Source of the DNA: a virus
Reading direction: 5' to 3' (one strand)
Virus record (IMG/VR): IMGVR_UViG_3300045988_112808
Length of the DNA: 64,000 nucleotides
Under the pieces are notes generated by a model. It made no database searches and was not told where the DNA came from. It saw only the letters and a program-made list of their open reading frames with translations. The translations under genes were made by a program, and so were the position numbers. Below are positions 44,048-52,642 of the stretch, one piece after another (position 1 is the first letter of the stretch; each line of letters starts with the position of its first letter).

Positions 44048-44794
44048 TTAGTTGTTAGATAAAAGCAAAATCGGTTCATTTGACTCCGCAATTGCTTTTA
44101 TTTGTTCTGGATTGACAAAACTCTTAACTTGTTCGCTTATATTACAAATGGACTTGATCATATCAACGAATAATTTCGAGGTACATTCGTTACACTCCAC
44201 TTCCATTACCTGTTTATGTCTATTGTATGATATGCTCGTTACACAATTCAGCCAGTGCGCATAAGTTCCTTTTTCTGTATTTAACCTGCCGTATTCTACT
44301 TTTGTCTCTCCATTTCCATATTCAATTACTCTTTTTAGAAATGGTTTTGCATAAACACTAAAACCGAAAGGTTGGGTGTTTAAGGCATCTAAACGGGAAG
44401 TTCCATCTCTCCATTTTCCATTTTCATCGCCTCCTGTCCATTCCTTAGAGGGGTTAGGGACAATATTTCCGTTTTTGTCATAGGAAAACGTGCAATTCGT
44501 TTCCAGTTGATACTTAATAACAGGCACTTCTTCTACTATTTTATAACTCAAACATCTCTTCAGAACTTCCCTGATTTGACTTTCCAAATCAGAAAGTGCT
44601 ATACTATTGAAATATCCTTCGTTGCCTAATCTGTTTGTAGGTAATTTGATCCCATAAGAATGAATCTTGTCCACATCTTCTTTTGACAAGGTAGTGGTAA
44701 ACACTCCTTCTTTGGTGACATTCACTTTAACAGTTACAGACAAACTGTTATTAGCGTTCTTTTCCGTTATATTTAGTGTTGTTAATGCTGCCAT
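44048..44794 (-). CDS. hypothetical protein (248 aa)
   Basis: ORF-track ORF. Confidence 0.7.
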   Translation of the reverse strand: MAALTTLNITEKNANNSLSVTVKVNVTKEGVFTTTLSKEDVDKIHSYGIKLPTNRLGNEGYFNSIALSDLESQIREVLKRCLSYKIVEEVPVIKYQLETNCTFSYDKNGNIVPNPSKEWTGGDENGKWRDGTSRLDALNTQPFGFSVYAKPFLKRVIEYGNGETKVEYGRLNTEKGTYAHWLNCVTSISYNRHKQVMEVECNECTSKLFVDMIKSICNISEQVKSFVNPEQIKAIAESNEPILLLSNN

Positions 44795-44812
44795 AATCAG
44801 ATCTTTTTAAAA

Positions 44813-45059
44813 TCAATTCGAATAAATATAATACATTCCTGCTTCATATACCTTATGTACATCAGGGTCATTCTTGTCTTCCGGTTCCAATTCACTCTCT
44901 TCACAAGTATAATTCAGAGTTGTAGTACATATCCTCGTCTGTTTTCTCCAAGGAACAATCTTTCATTAGATTCATATTTTCTCCCCATACTGCAACTTCT
45001 TGTCGTTGCTCTTCTTCTGTCATAAGGGATATTTTGTCTTTTAATTCTTTCCAGGTCAT
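44813..45059 (-). pseudogene. small gene with an apparent +1 frame break
   Basis: ATG 45059 gives 52 codons (..DEDMYYNSELYL) ending at TGA 44903-44901. The +1 frame continues with the protein-like CEESELEPEDKNDPDVHKVYEAGMYYIYSN to TGA 44815-44813. Confidence 0.4.
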
Positions 45060-45083
45060 GATTTCTAAAATATGATCAATAAT

Positions 45084-45467
45084 TCATTCTACATCAAAAA
45101 GTTGATCTAACACCAATAATTCGGCATCCATGTCTTCATCTTTCGGGAAACGAACTTTTATGTTTCCGAACTTAGATGTCTTAAACAAGATATAGGGGTT
45201 CATATCTTCGGCAGTCACCGGCTTATACTCCTTAACTTCCGACATCTTGAGATACCAGTCACCTATTTTTACAAACCCCGAAAAGATAGAACACAGATGC
45301 GCTTTCACGGACAGTATTTCCCTTTTATCTTTAAGGGGTATAATTTCCTCCTTCCCTCTTATCCTGATTGACAGGAAAGGACGAATGTTGTCTGTTTCAT
45401 TTTGGAATCTGAAGCCTGTTATGGCTTGCTTGGGGATTCTTCTTCCCATTAATATAAAATAGCTCAT
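45084..45467 (-). CDS. hypothetical protein (127 aa)
   Basis: ORF-track ORF. Confidence 0.65.
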   Translation of the reverse strand: MSYFILMGRRIPKQAITGFRFQNETDNIRPFLSIRIRGKEEIIPLKDKREILSVKAHLCSIFSGFVKIGDWYLKMSEVKEYKPVTAEDMNPYILFKTSKFGNIKVRFPKDEDMDAELLVLDQLFDVE

Positions 45468-45469
45468 TG

Positions 45470-45811
45470 TTATAAGTGATTTTGTTTTATATCAGGTAAG
45501 TAATTTGTAATAACATCAAGTGATATCCATAACTCTGGCTCTATGCTGTTTTTTATTCTATCACTAAAAAGCGAATTATCATCACAATCACAATGAGAGA
45601 TTGTGATATAACAATCTTGATAATCCCACCAATGAGCCGATTTAAAATCGTCCCCTCCATTCCAGAATCCTATTCTTATACCTCTTGGGTTGAAATCTTC
45701 ATCTATCCAACTTGGATGATAAGCCAACACTTCTTCTCCCTCTGGAGGTTTTTCCTCTTTGTATTTCTTCCAGTTCATATCACTTTTAATTAGTTGGACA
45801 CAAATGTACAA
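45470..45811 (-). CDS. hypothetical protein, DUF551-like N-terminal pattern (113 aa)
   Basis: WKKYKEEKPPEGEEVLAY resembles the DUF551 W...e.P..g..vL motif. Weak assignment. Confidence 0.55.
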   Translation of the reverse strand: MYICVQLIKSDMNWKKYKEEKPPEGEEVLAYHPSWIDEDFNPRGIRIGFWNGGDDFKSAHWWDYQDCYITISHCDCDDNSLFSDRIKNSIEPELWISLDVITNYLPDIKQNHL

Positions 45812-46590
45812 ATTTTATTAAGATACCCTTCTGTCATCTCTATGAAATTCACACAATCTAATTTGCTTAACTTGTAAATCAATGCCGGATTGTGTACTAT
45901 GGCTATAATTTGTGTTTGTGGTTTATGGAATGACAATACATTATAAATTTGCATTATGTTGTCAATGTCAAGATTCCTGTCTGGCTCATCCATGAGAACC
46001 GTGTATTCAAAACTGCTTTCTGTTAATGTTATGCGGTTTCTTTCATAATACTTCAACAGGTTATCAATTCTTTTAATCCAAAACGCATTTGATTTTTTCT
46101 TGTATTCTACAAGATCTTGTATTGGAAATGTATAATCCTTTTGACCGAACATTAAATTGAAAAGTGATTCCAATGACAACACCACTTTCTCTCCATAAGA
46201 TCTTCGAATATTATTCACATACAAATCTAAGTTGCTGATGTTTTTCAATACGCTATCTCGATTCATCTCCGCCGATGGCAATAAACGGAATACTTTCCCT
46301 GCATAATCGGATGATATGTCAATCCCATCAAGAACCTTGTCATCATCATCATCAAATATAGGTGGAAAATCCAGTGCCTCGATCGGTATTTCAGAACACA
46401 TGGATTTCTCACATAACGCATACATTGATATGATGTTAAGCAAGGTTGATTTTCCACTACCGTTTTTACCTATAATTACATTCACTCCTGGCTTGAAAAT
46501 AAATTCTCTGCCATTTTCAAATGCTTCTATATTAGAAACGTATTCAAATGGAGTTTTTGTATTGTCTTTTATTTTTACCGATGTTATCAT
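45790..46590 (-). CDS. ABC/AAA-type ATPase (266 aa)
   Basis: Walker A GKNGSGKSTLLN, Walker B VLMDEPDRNLD, H-loop-like AIVHNP. Confidence 0.7.
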   Translation of the reverse strand: MITSVKIKDNTKTPFEYVSNIEAFENGREFIFKPGVNVIIGKNGSGKSTLLNIISMYALCEKSMCSEIPIEALDFPPIFDDDDDKVLDGIDISSDYAGKVFRLLPSAEMNRDSVLKNISNLDLYVNNIRRSYGEKVVLSLESLFNLMFGQKDYTFPIQDLVEYKKKSNAFWIKRIDNLLKYYERNRITLTESSFEYTVLMDEPDRNLDIDNIMQIYNVLSFHKPQTQIIAIVHNPALIYKLSKLDCVNFIEMTEGYLNKICTFVSN

Positions 46591-46602
46591 ATGTAATCCT
46601 TT

Positions 46603-47442
46603 TTAAAAATCAATTACCGCCCGAACCCTGTAACTATTGTACTCAATGTTGCTGTGCGTGCCGCCAATGGAGAAGCTCACGAACCATGCGCTGACCTTGC
46701 TGTACTCGGTACTGGACCAATACCGCGCCGAGGAGAGGGGAGATGCCGAAACATAAGCGAATGCTTTGTTTAGTTCGTCCATATGATGGGCCATTAAATT
46801 TAATTGACCAAGAGATGGTATATACTCGTCATCTTCCAGCAGATTTCTCAATTTTGGATTTCTGGCTACAAGGCGTTCCGTATTGCCGCGTCCGTCAATA
46901 TCAAACAGCGCATCACATTCACGTTCGTAATATGTCTCACTTCCGGATTCTTTACGGCTATCATTGTCAAGCAACCGTACACTATCATGCTCCTCCAGCG
47001 AGATAGCAAACGATACGTCTTTGTGTTTTAATCCGATATAACGCACATTCTCTTTAATATTCTCTCCAGTAAACGGCTCAGCGTGTCCGTTTCCGTAGAT
47101 TAGATACAAACCATCTTTTCTTGATGGTACTCTATTTTCACATACACATCTTTCATTTTTGGGACTTACAATTATGTTCAACTCATTCAACACATGATCT
47201 TTTATAACCTCCTTACATATTTTACCTACAAAACCATAGCCTTCTTTTTGTTTAAGTTCGTCATTCACCATACATCTAATCCAATGCTCTATCTGATTGT
47301 TTCCTCCGTATGTATTAAGCATACACTGTTTTACGAGTTTTTCCAATAATGGCTCTATGTTTTTGATTATATCTTCTTTGGTAAGGTGAAGTTCATTTAA
47401 TATGCAGATCCTTACCGCCTTGTATTCTTTACTTGCGCTCAT
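46603..47442 (-). CDS. protein with a DUF1566-like C-terminal domain (279 aa)
   Basis: IPSLGQLNLMAHHMDELNKAF...ARYWSSTEYSKVSAWFVSFSIGG....YRVRAV matches the DUF1566 / Lcl C-terminal pattern. This domain is encoded by GC-rich island 46615-46750. Confidence 0.65.
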   Translation of the reverse strand: MSASKEYKAVRICILNELHLTKEDIIKNIEPLLEKLVKQCMLNTYGGNNQIEHWIRCMVNDELKQKEGYGFVGKICKEVIKDHVLNELNIIVSPKNERCVCENRVPSRKDGLYLIYGNGHAEPFTGENIKENVRYIGLKHKDVSFAISLEEHDSVRLLDNDSRKESGSETYYERECDALFDIDGRGNTERLVARNPKLRNLLEDDEYIPSLGQLNLMAHHMDELNKAFAYVSASPLSSARYWSSTEYSKVSAWFVSFSIGGTHSNIEYNSYRVRAVIDF

Positions 47443-47449
47443 AATATAT

Positions 47450-47602
47450 CTACTTAATACTGTGAATTATATTTTTTTTCTCTCTCCCACTATCTTCCCC
47501 TATAGGATTATTCCATCCGTATTTTACAGCCGTAGCTTTAAATAGAGGAAGTCTATAAAATCTATAATCATTCTCAAGATGAGTATATACTGTTGATTTC
47601 AT
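47450..47602 (-). CDS. small hypothetical protein (50 aa, below the ORF-track cutoff)
   Basis: ATG 47602 forms an ATGA overlap with the methyltransferase stop and ends at TAG 47452-47450. Fills a 156-nt gap. Confidence 0.4.
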   Translation of the reverse strand: MKSTVYTHLENDYRFYRLPLFKATAVKYGWNNPIGEDSGREKKNIIHSIK

Positions 47603-48261
47603 TTCAGTTCTTTAATTAAAGCATCCGCATATATTACAGCTAATTCAGCCGCCTTATCACACGCTTCCAATATTAATTCACCGTGAGGTCCACGTCCCGA
47701 TACGGATGTGATCGGAAGTATGGTTTTTGCTATCTCGTATCTACGTTGTTCCCAATCTACATGGGTGTTACACGGTTCTTGATTGACCTGTATATATCTT
47801 CCTTCAATATTAGAAGATCTTAATGTTTCCGCATTCTCTTCGCCGAATGCAACCAGAATAGACCCACATCCTGGACTTTCACCTATTGTTCCATCTTCTC
47901 TGTGGAATTTTATCCTTCCTTTCATGAACAATATACCTTTTGCTTTCGGGAATACAACATTCTGAAACATCTTATTGTCAAGACGATTAAAAAGAAGAGC
48001 TATTCCATTATTGTGCTCTACCATACGAGTAATAAAATGCTCTATAGTCGGTCTTGAATAAGGTGGGTTTAACCATACCCTTCCTTCCCATTTTTGTTTT
48101 AATCCATCTTGCTCTTTGTTATACATAACCCTGGCTGTCCTCCATAACGGACGCATAGGCGCACATGGATCTAAATCAAATTCCCCTAAAGCGTCTATAA
48201 TTTCTTTAGGTGTGTACCATTCATCTGTACTGTTTTTAGATTTCTCAAATGATGTATTCAT
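47599..48261 (-). CDS. DNA N6-adenine methyltransferase (phage Dam family) with a C-terminal DWEQRR extension
   Basis: DEWYTPKEIIDALGEFDLDPCAP...WEGRVWLNPPYSRP (NPPY catalytic motif); the C-terminal about 60 aa contain VDWEQRRYEIAK. Confidence 0.8.
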   Translation of the reverse strand: MNTSFEKSKNSTDEWYTPKEIIDALGEFDLDPCAPMRPLWRTARVMYNKEQDGLKQKWEGRVWLNPPYSRPTIEHFITRMVEHNNGIALLFNRLDNKMFQNVVFPKAKGILFMKGRIKFHREDGTIGESPGCGSILVAFGEENAETLRSSNIEGRYIQVNQEPCNTHVDWEQRRYEIAKTILPITSVSGRGPHGELILEACDKAAELAVIYADALIKELK

Positions 48262-48279
48262 ATATCTATGTTTTATAAG

Positions 48280-48942
48280 TTAATCCCATCCTCCAGTAGT
48301 GTACAAAGATACATCTTCCTCCTCTACGTTTACCCCTTTAATAGCCTGTAGAAGTTTTTTCTTTGTCTCCCGGCACATATTGTAACCATATCCTTTATAC
48401 CGATATGAGCGCTCCCATGTGCTTACTGGAAAAGGAATATTTTCGTCAATGACCAGCCTCTTCATATGAAGATGTTCGAAGAATTTCTCATGATAGAGTA
48501 GTTTGTACTCGTATGCTACTATGCTTGCGGATGAGAATGGAAAATAATCATCTTCTTTTTCTTCGTATTTGGGCTCCTTATAGTAAGCCATTTTTGTCAC
48601 AGTAAAATCGAAGCTTCTAAGAATCTCTTTCGGCTTTCCAAACTCTGACTCTATGAACTCTATCCATACCTTTTCTCCCTCTTTCTGGAACGCACATACC
48701 TTCTCATTTCTGTACTTAAATTTCCATCCTTCTTTCTGATGTTTTTCATCATTGAACGAATCAATAGCCTCCTGAAAATCGCTTTCACTTTCAAAGAAAA
48801 TATCAATGTCTTTTACTCTTTCTCCGGAAAGGATATTTTTAAAACATCCACCAGCTATGAATCCTTTGTGGCCTTCCATATACTTGTCAAGCCATCTTAT
48901 TTGCCAGAAATTATCTGGAGTATCTATTACAAAATTATTCAT
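48280..48942 (-). CDS. Pol-beta-superfamily nucleotidyltransferase-domain protein (220 aa)
   Basis: IAGGCFKNILSGERVKDIDIFF fits the hG[GS]-x9-13-DhD minimal NTase signature. Substrate unknown. Confidence 0.5.
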   Translation of the reverse strand: MNNFVIDTPDNFWQIRWLDKYMEGHKGFIAGGCFKNILSGERVKDIDIFFESESDFQEAIDSFNDEKHQKEGWKFKYRNEKVCAFQKEGEKVWIEFIESEFGKPKEILRSFDFTVTKMAYYKEPKYEEKEDDYFPFSSASIVAYEYKLLYHEKFFEHLHMKRLVIDENIPFPVSTWERSYRYKGYGYNMCRETKKKLLQAIKGVNVEEEDVSLYTTGGWD

Positions 48943-48960
48943 ATTGTTTATGTTTTGCCG

Positions 48961-49215
48961 TTACCAAGCGAGATAAAAATTCCGCTTCACAATAATACAA
49001 TGAGTGTAATTACTCAGGTCGATTCCGTTGTCCGTAAATGCATCCAGGACCCGTTTTTCCACGTATTTGAGTTTTACTGTTATCCCCTTCTTAAACACTT
49101 CTATTAACTTCTCATTGCACTCAATAGGTCCAATAAGACAGTATCTATTCGAAGGACTGTCTGATATACAATATGTCTGACATCCTAACATGTTGCTTAA
49201 AATTACTTCGTTCAT
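48961..49215 (-). CDS. hypothetical protein (84 aa)
   Basis: ORF-track ORF. Confidence 0.6.
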   Translation of the reverse strand: MNEVILSNMLGCQTYCISDSPSNRYCLIGPIECNEKLIEVFKKGITVKLKYVEKRVLDAFTDNGIDLSNYTHCIIVKRNFYLAW

Positions 49216-49222
49216 AATTTCT

Positions 49223-49699
49223 CTATGATTCTAATATGGTGTCTACAAACTCCGTTATTTTATCAACGGATTCTTTTGATAAGGTATATCTTCTCCAATC
49301 CCATCTAAAATGCGCTTTTGGGAGATTTTTAGTAGAATATTTTTCATTTCCGTCCTTGTTAGTCCATTCGTAATTATCCTCTGGATCCGCCACTTTTATC
49401 CCCGATTTAGGTCCGTTACGAAAGCTATATAGCATTCTTATAACCGATTCAAAATCCGAACCTATATCAAATAGCATATGATACGCCTTGTTTATTAAAG
49501 CCCTATCAGCTTGTTCCAAGTCTTCACCAAACAACTCTCTTACACTCCAATTTTTCATTTCTGAATAACGAATGAAATTAAGTTTCCCTTTTTCTATATT
49601 AGGATTTTTTCTTGATAATACAAGCTCCAAATCTTTCACAAATGATTCTTTTAGCTTCTGTTGTCCTAACAAGGCGGTGTATTTACTTACTATATCCAT
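49223..49699 (-). CDS. hypothetical protein (158 aa)
   Basis: ORF-track ORF; its start shares a base with the upstream stop. Confidence 0.65.
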   Translation of the reverse strand: MDIVSKYTALLGQQKLKESFVKDLELVLSRKNPNIEKGKLNFIRYSEMKNWSVRELFGEDLEQADRALINKAYHMLFDIGSDFESVIRMLYSFRNGPKSGIKVADPEDNYEWTNKDGNEKYSTKNLPKAHFRWDWRRYTLSKESVDKITEFVDTILES

Positions 49700-49999
49700 T
49701 ATCCAAAGTTTTTTAATATTACTCCAAACGAATCATATTTAACCCCTAATATATCATGTGCCTTTTGGGATCCACATTCACATTTTCCTACCTTCTGTCC
49801 TGATCCACACCCGCATAAGCCTATTCCCCAATGGTTGATACAGTGGTCGCAGCAGTAGGACTGGTGAAGCCATGTGGCATCACCAGTATCCAAATCCAAT
49901 TTTTTCAAATGTTTCCCAAAACATGCTATTCGAAGCACTATTATCAAATCTGATAGTGACTGCACCGCATTTACATTTTTGTATGTATTCTATTTTCAT
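49699..49999 (-). pseudogene. Cys-rich small gene with an apparent 1-nt frame break at an A6 run
   Basis: ATG 49999 gives MKIEYIQKCKCGAVTIRFDNSASNSMFWETFEK.., stopping at 49882-49880. The +1 frame carries ..DTGDATWLHQSYCCDHCINHWGIGLCGCGSGQKVGKCECG to 49699. The frames meet at T6 (plus strand) 49900-49905. The ORF-track GTG start at 49965 gives an unnatural N-terminus. Confidence 0.5.
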
Positions 50000-50059
50000 A
50001 TATGTTCCATTTTCAAAATATCTGGGGACAGATATTCTTGCAACTCCAATTTGCGTACA

Positions 50060-50791
50060 TTAAAGCGCCTCATCAGTTCCTAAAAGATGCTCGTTACCCT
50101 CAAAATGAATACAATAATCCCATAATGTTCCATTGGAACATTCGTACTTATAAGGCAATCCATTATAATCGTCCACAATTTCCCTTGCAAACAAACTGAT
50201 ATTCCATTTTTTATTTCCTTCTTTTCTTACCAGCACTTTATCAAACGGCTTAAACTCATATTTCGGTTTTTCTTCAATCCCGAAGAAGCGTTTCAGATAC
50301 TCTTTAGCTTCAGGTTCTTTGCTTGCCTTTAATGCGTCAACCAACTTTTGTCTTTCGGACTCAGTGGCAAATCTGTATTTTTCTATCTGATTTTCCCAAG
50401 CAGATAAACCATCTTCTATTTTAAGAATACCTTTTTGATTTAAAGAGGCATAAAAAGACGTTAAATATTTCCCATGTGTATTTAAAATAAAGATATAGCT
50501 ACCATCTTTATTACTTAACACCTCTCCATCTTTAAATGTAATATATTCTGGAACTTCAAGAAGGAGGCGATTTTCGCTGCTAAGTGCTTTTCCTGTAGCA
50601 GAAAACCAATCTGCCGATACAGAAATCGAATGAATTACAACCAATAACGGACAATTTGACGAATTGTCTTCATATACGATTTCTGCTCTATTTTGTCCTT
50701 TCTCTGTCACAATCCGACCTGCTATTTCCCCTATGTTTATTTTTTTCGCCATTTCTAAATCAAACGGAATTGTTACTGTTTTCTGTTCCAT
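50060..50791 (-). CDS. hypothetical protein, tandem paralogue A (243 aa)
   Basis: Shares N-terminal (PFDLEMAKKINIGEI) and C-terminal (FKPFDKVLVR...W..SLF......CIHFEGNEHLLGT) blocks with ORF 50796-51536. Confidence 0.75.
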   Translation of the reverse strand: MEQKTVTIPFDLEMAKKINIGEIAGRIVTEKGQNRAEIVYEDNSSNCPLLVVIHSISVSADWFSATGKALSSENRLLLEVPEYITFKDGEVLSNKDGSYIFILNTHGKYLTSFYASLNQKGILKIEDGLSAWENQIEKYRFATESERQKLVDALKASKEPEAKEYLKRFFGIEEKPKYEFKPFDKVLVRKEGNKKWNISLFAREIVDDYNGLPYKYECSNGTLWDYCIHFEGNEHLLGTDEAL

Positions 50792-50795
50792 AATC

Positions 50796-51536
50796 TTATT
50801 TGTTTTTATTAGTTCCTAAAAGATGTTCGTTCCCTTCGTATGGGATACACTGACTAAATCCTACCCCTCCTAAGCATTCGTATTTATTATCTCCTACTGA
50901 TTCTCTGGAAAATAGATGCAATTTCCACCTCTCTTGGTTAGTTCTTCTCACCAGCACTCGTTCAAATGGTTTGAAGTCGCGTTTCGGCATCTCATCTAAT
51001 AGATACTCATATTCACTTAAATATCGTTTTATTATATCTATTTTTCTACTGTCTTCCGCTTTTATAATCTTTTCTGCTAAAAATTTCTTCTCTTCCTCTA
51101 TAGCCTTTCTTACATGCCGTTTTTTATCTTCATCATACACATCAGTCCATAATCCGCTATGATCAAACTCAATATCTCCAGATGTTACCATTCCACATAT
51201 ACTTCCCATTACCCCTTTGGTAATAAGTCCATCATATATAAATTGACATCCTTTAGTGCTTGTTAATACATCTCCTTTCTTAAAATACGCTCCAGCCTCT
51301 ACCCTCAATTCCAGAGTGGCGTCAGCAAAAGTACAACCTTCTGTGTTAGCATATATAGCACTTATCCCATATCCATCTTTTTTTACAAAAAGTAAATTAT
51401 AAGGACTTGTACAGTCTTTCGACTCATATACAAATTCTATTTCAATATCATTAATTAATACCGAACCTTCTATTTCTCCGCTTTTAATTTTTCTCGCCGT
51501 ATTTAAATCAAACGGAACAATAATTGGATTTTCCAT
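50796..51536 (-). CDS. hypothetical protein, tandem paralogue B (246 aa)
   Basis: PFDLNTARKIKSGEI ... FKPFERVLVR...W.LHLF......CIPYEGNEHLLGT; 4-nt gap to paralogue A. Confidence 0.75.
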   Translation of the reverse strand: MENPIIVPFDLNTARKIKSGEIEGSVLINDIEIEFVYESKDCTSPYNLLFVKKDGYGISAIYANTEGCTFADATLELRVEAGAYFKKGDVLTSTKGCQFIYDGLITKGVMGSICGMVTSGDIEFDHSGLWTDVYDEDKKRHVRKAIEEEKKFLAEKIIKAEDSRKIDIIKRYLSEYEYLLDEMPKRDFKPFERVLVRRTNQERWKLHLFSRESVGDNKYECLGGVGFSQCIPYEGNEHLLGTNKNK

Positions 51537-51554
51537 ATCTTTTCGTTTTTAATT

Positions 51555-51588
51555 GTTATAAAACAGGATGGGTTACTTACGCCCATCC
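51555..51588 (-). terminator. rho-independent terminator (minus strand)
   Basis: GGATGGG / CCCATCC 7-bp stem (51566-51572 / 51582-51588) followed on the minus strand by TGTTTTAT. The TAA of the frame-corrected upstream gene lies in its loop. Confidence 0.6.
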
Positions 51589-52630
51589 CAGTTGTTTCGC
51601 AATACTTTCCATCTCGCTATATGCAATCCGGTGGCATCCAGCGGTTAACAAATCGTTTTCGTACCGATTTAGACTCCACTGGTGGCCGGTGACGTCCTCC
51701 ACCAGACCGTGCCGAAACTCGGCGCATTGCCGACACAGCCCGCCACAGTTTTCTGGCTTCTGCTATTCCAATCTTTATCTGTTTACTTGTCTCAATAATA
51801 TTTCCTTTTATACGAATCCAGGCGTTAGGTTTTTCACCAGGAATATAGAAAGGTGTATTCAAGAAATTGATTTCTCCTGACTTCCACTCTTCCAGTTTTT
51901 CATCAAAATCCTTGTAACGGGCTTCTTCTTCCTTTCTTAATCTCTCTAATTTTATTCTTTCTCTTTCTTCCTCACCCTTTCTCCATCTTTCAGATCTTTC
52001 TGAATACTTAATCCATGTACCTTCCCCGCAAACTTCATCAACAATCACATTTACGGTCCCTAACACTTTTAATCCTTGATGATCTAATAAAATTTGAAAG
52101 ATGCGTTTTAATTCATGTACGTGCTTACGCTTGATACTATCTCCGCTCTTGGATAATTCATGATTGGTTCCAAGCCAATCATTAGCACTCTTTTTAAGGA
52201 TACTCTTAGCAGTCCCCATGTTAAAGAACTGAATGTAATCCATCATATTCCCAAAAGCGCCCCAAATATCTGTATAAGATAATTCTGTTTTAGCTCTTTT
52301 GTATTTTTCAATAGACTTCTTAATTGATTCCAGTTTGCTGGCAACAAACCTCATATTACCAGTATCCGATATATTATCCCCTACACTGAAAACCATTGCC
52401 CAAGTTGGTATCGCATTACGAACATAGCATTGATGTTTGCTCGTAGTAGCAGAATAATAATCTTCATTTATCAGGTATGCTTTCTTCCCTTGTTTGTTTT
52501 TTACTATTCTCCCGACTTCAAAGTGATGCCCATAAGAATAAATACTTGTACCTTCAAAGAAGAAATTGCTCCCTGATGCTGATTCTTCTTGTTCATGAGC
52601 CCACAAGTGAGCGACCATTGAATTGTTCAT
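51577..52630 (-). pseudogene. conserved phage protein (AHLWAHE...FFFEG.SIYSYGHHF family) with an apparent 1-nt frame break before its C-terminal domain
   Basis: The ORF-track frame ends in an Arg-rich tail with no recognisable motif (to 51617). The +1 frame, open 51762-51577, encodes CGGLCRQCAEFRHGLVEDVTGHQWSLNRYENDLLTAGCHRIAYSEMESIAKQLGWA. The frames meet at an A4 run (plus-strand T4 51749-51752). Confidence 0.55.
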
Positions 52631-52642
52631 ATAAATATCTTT

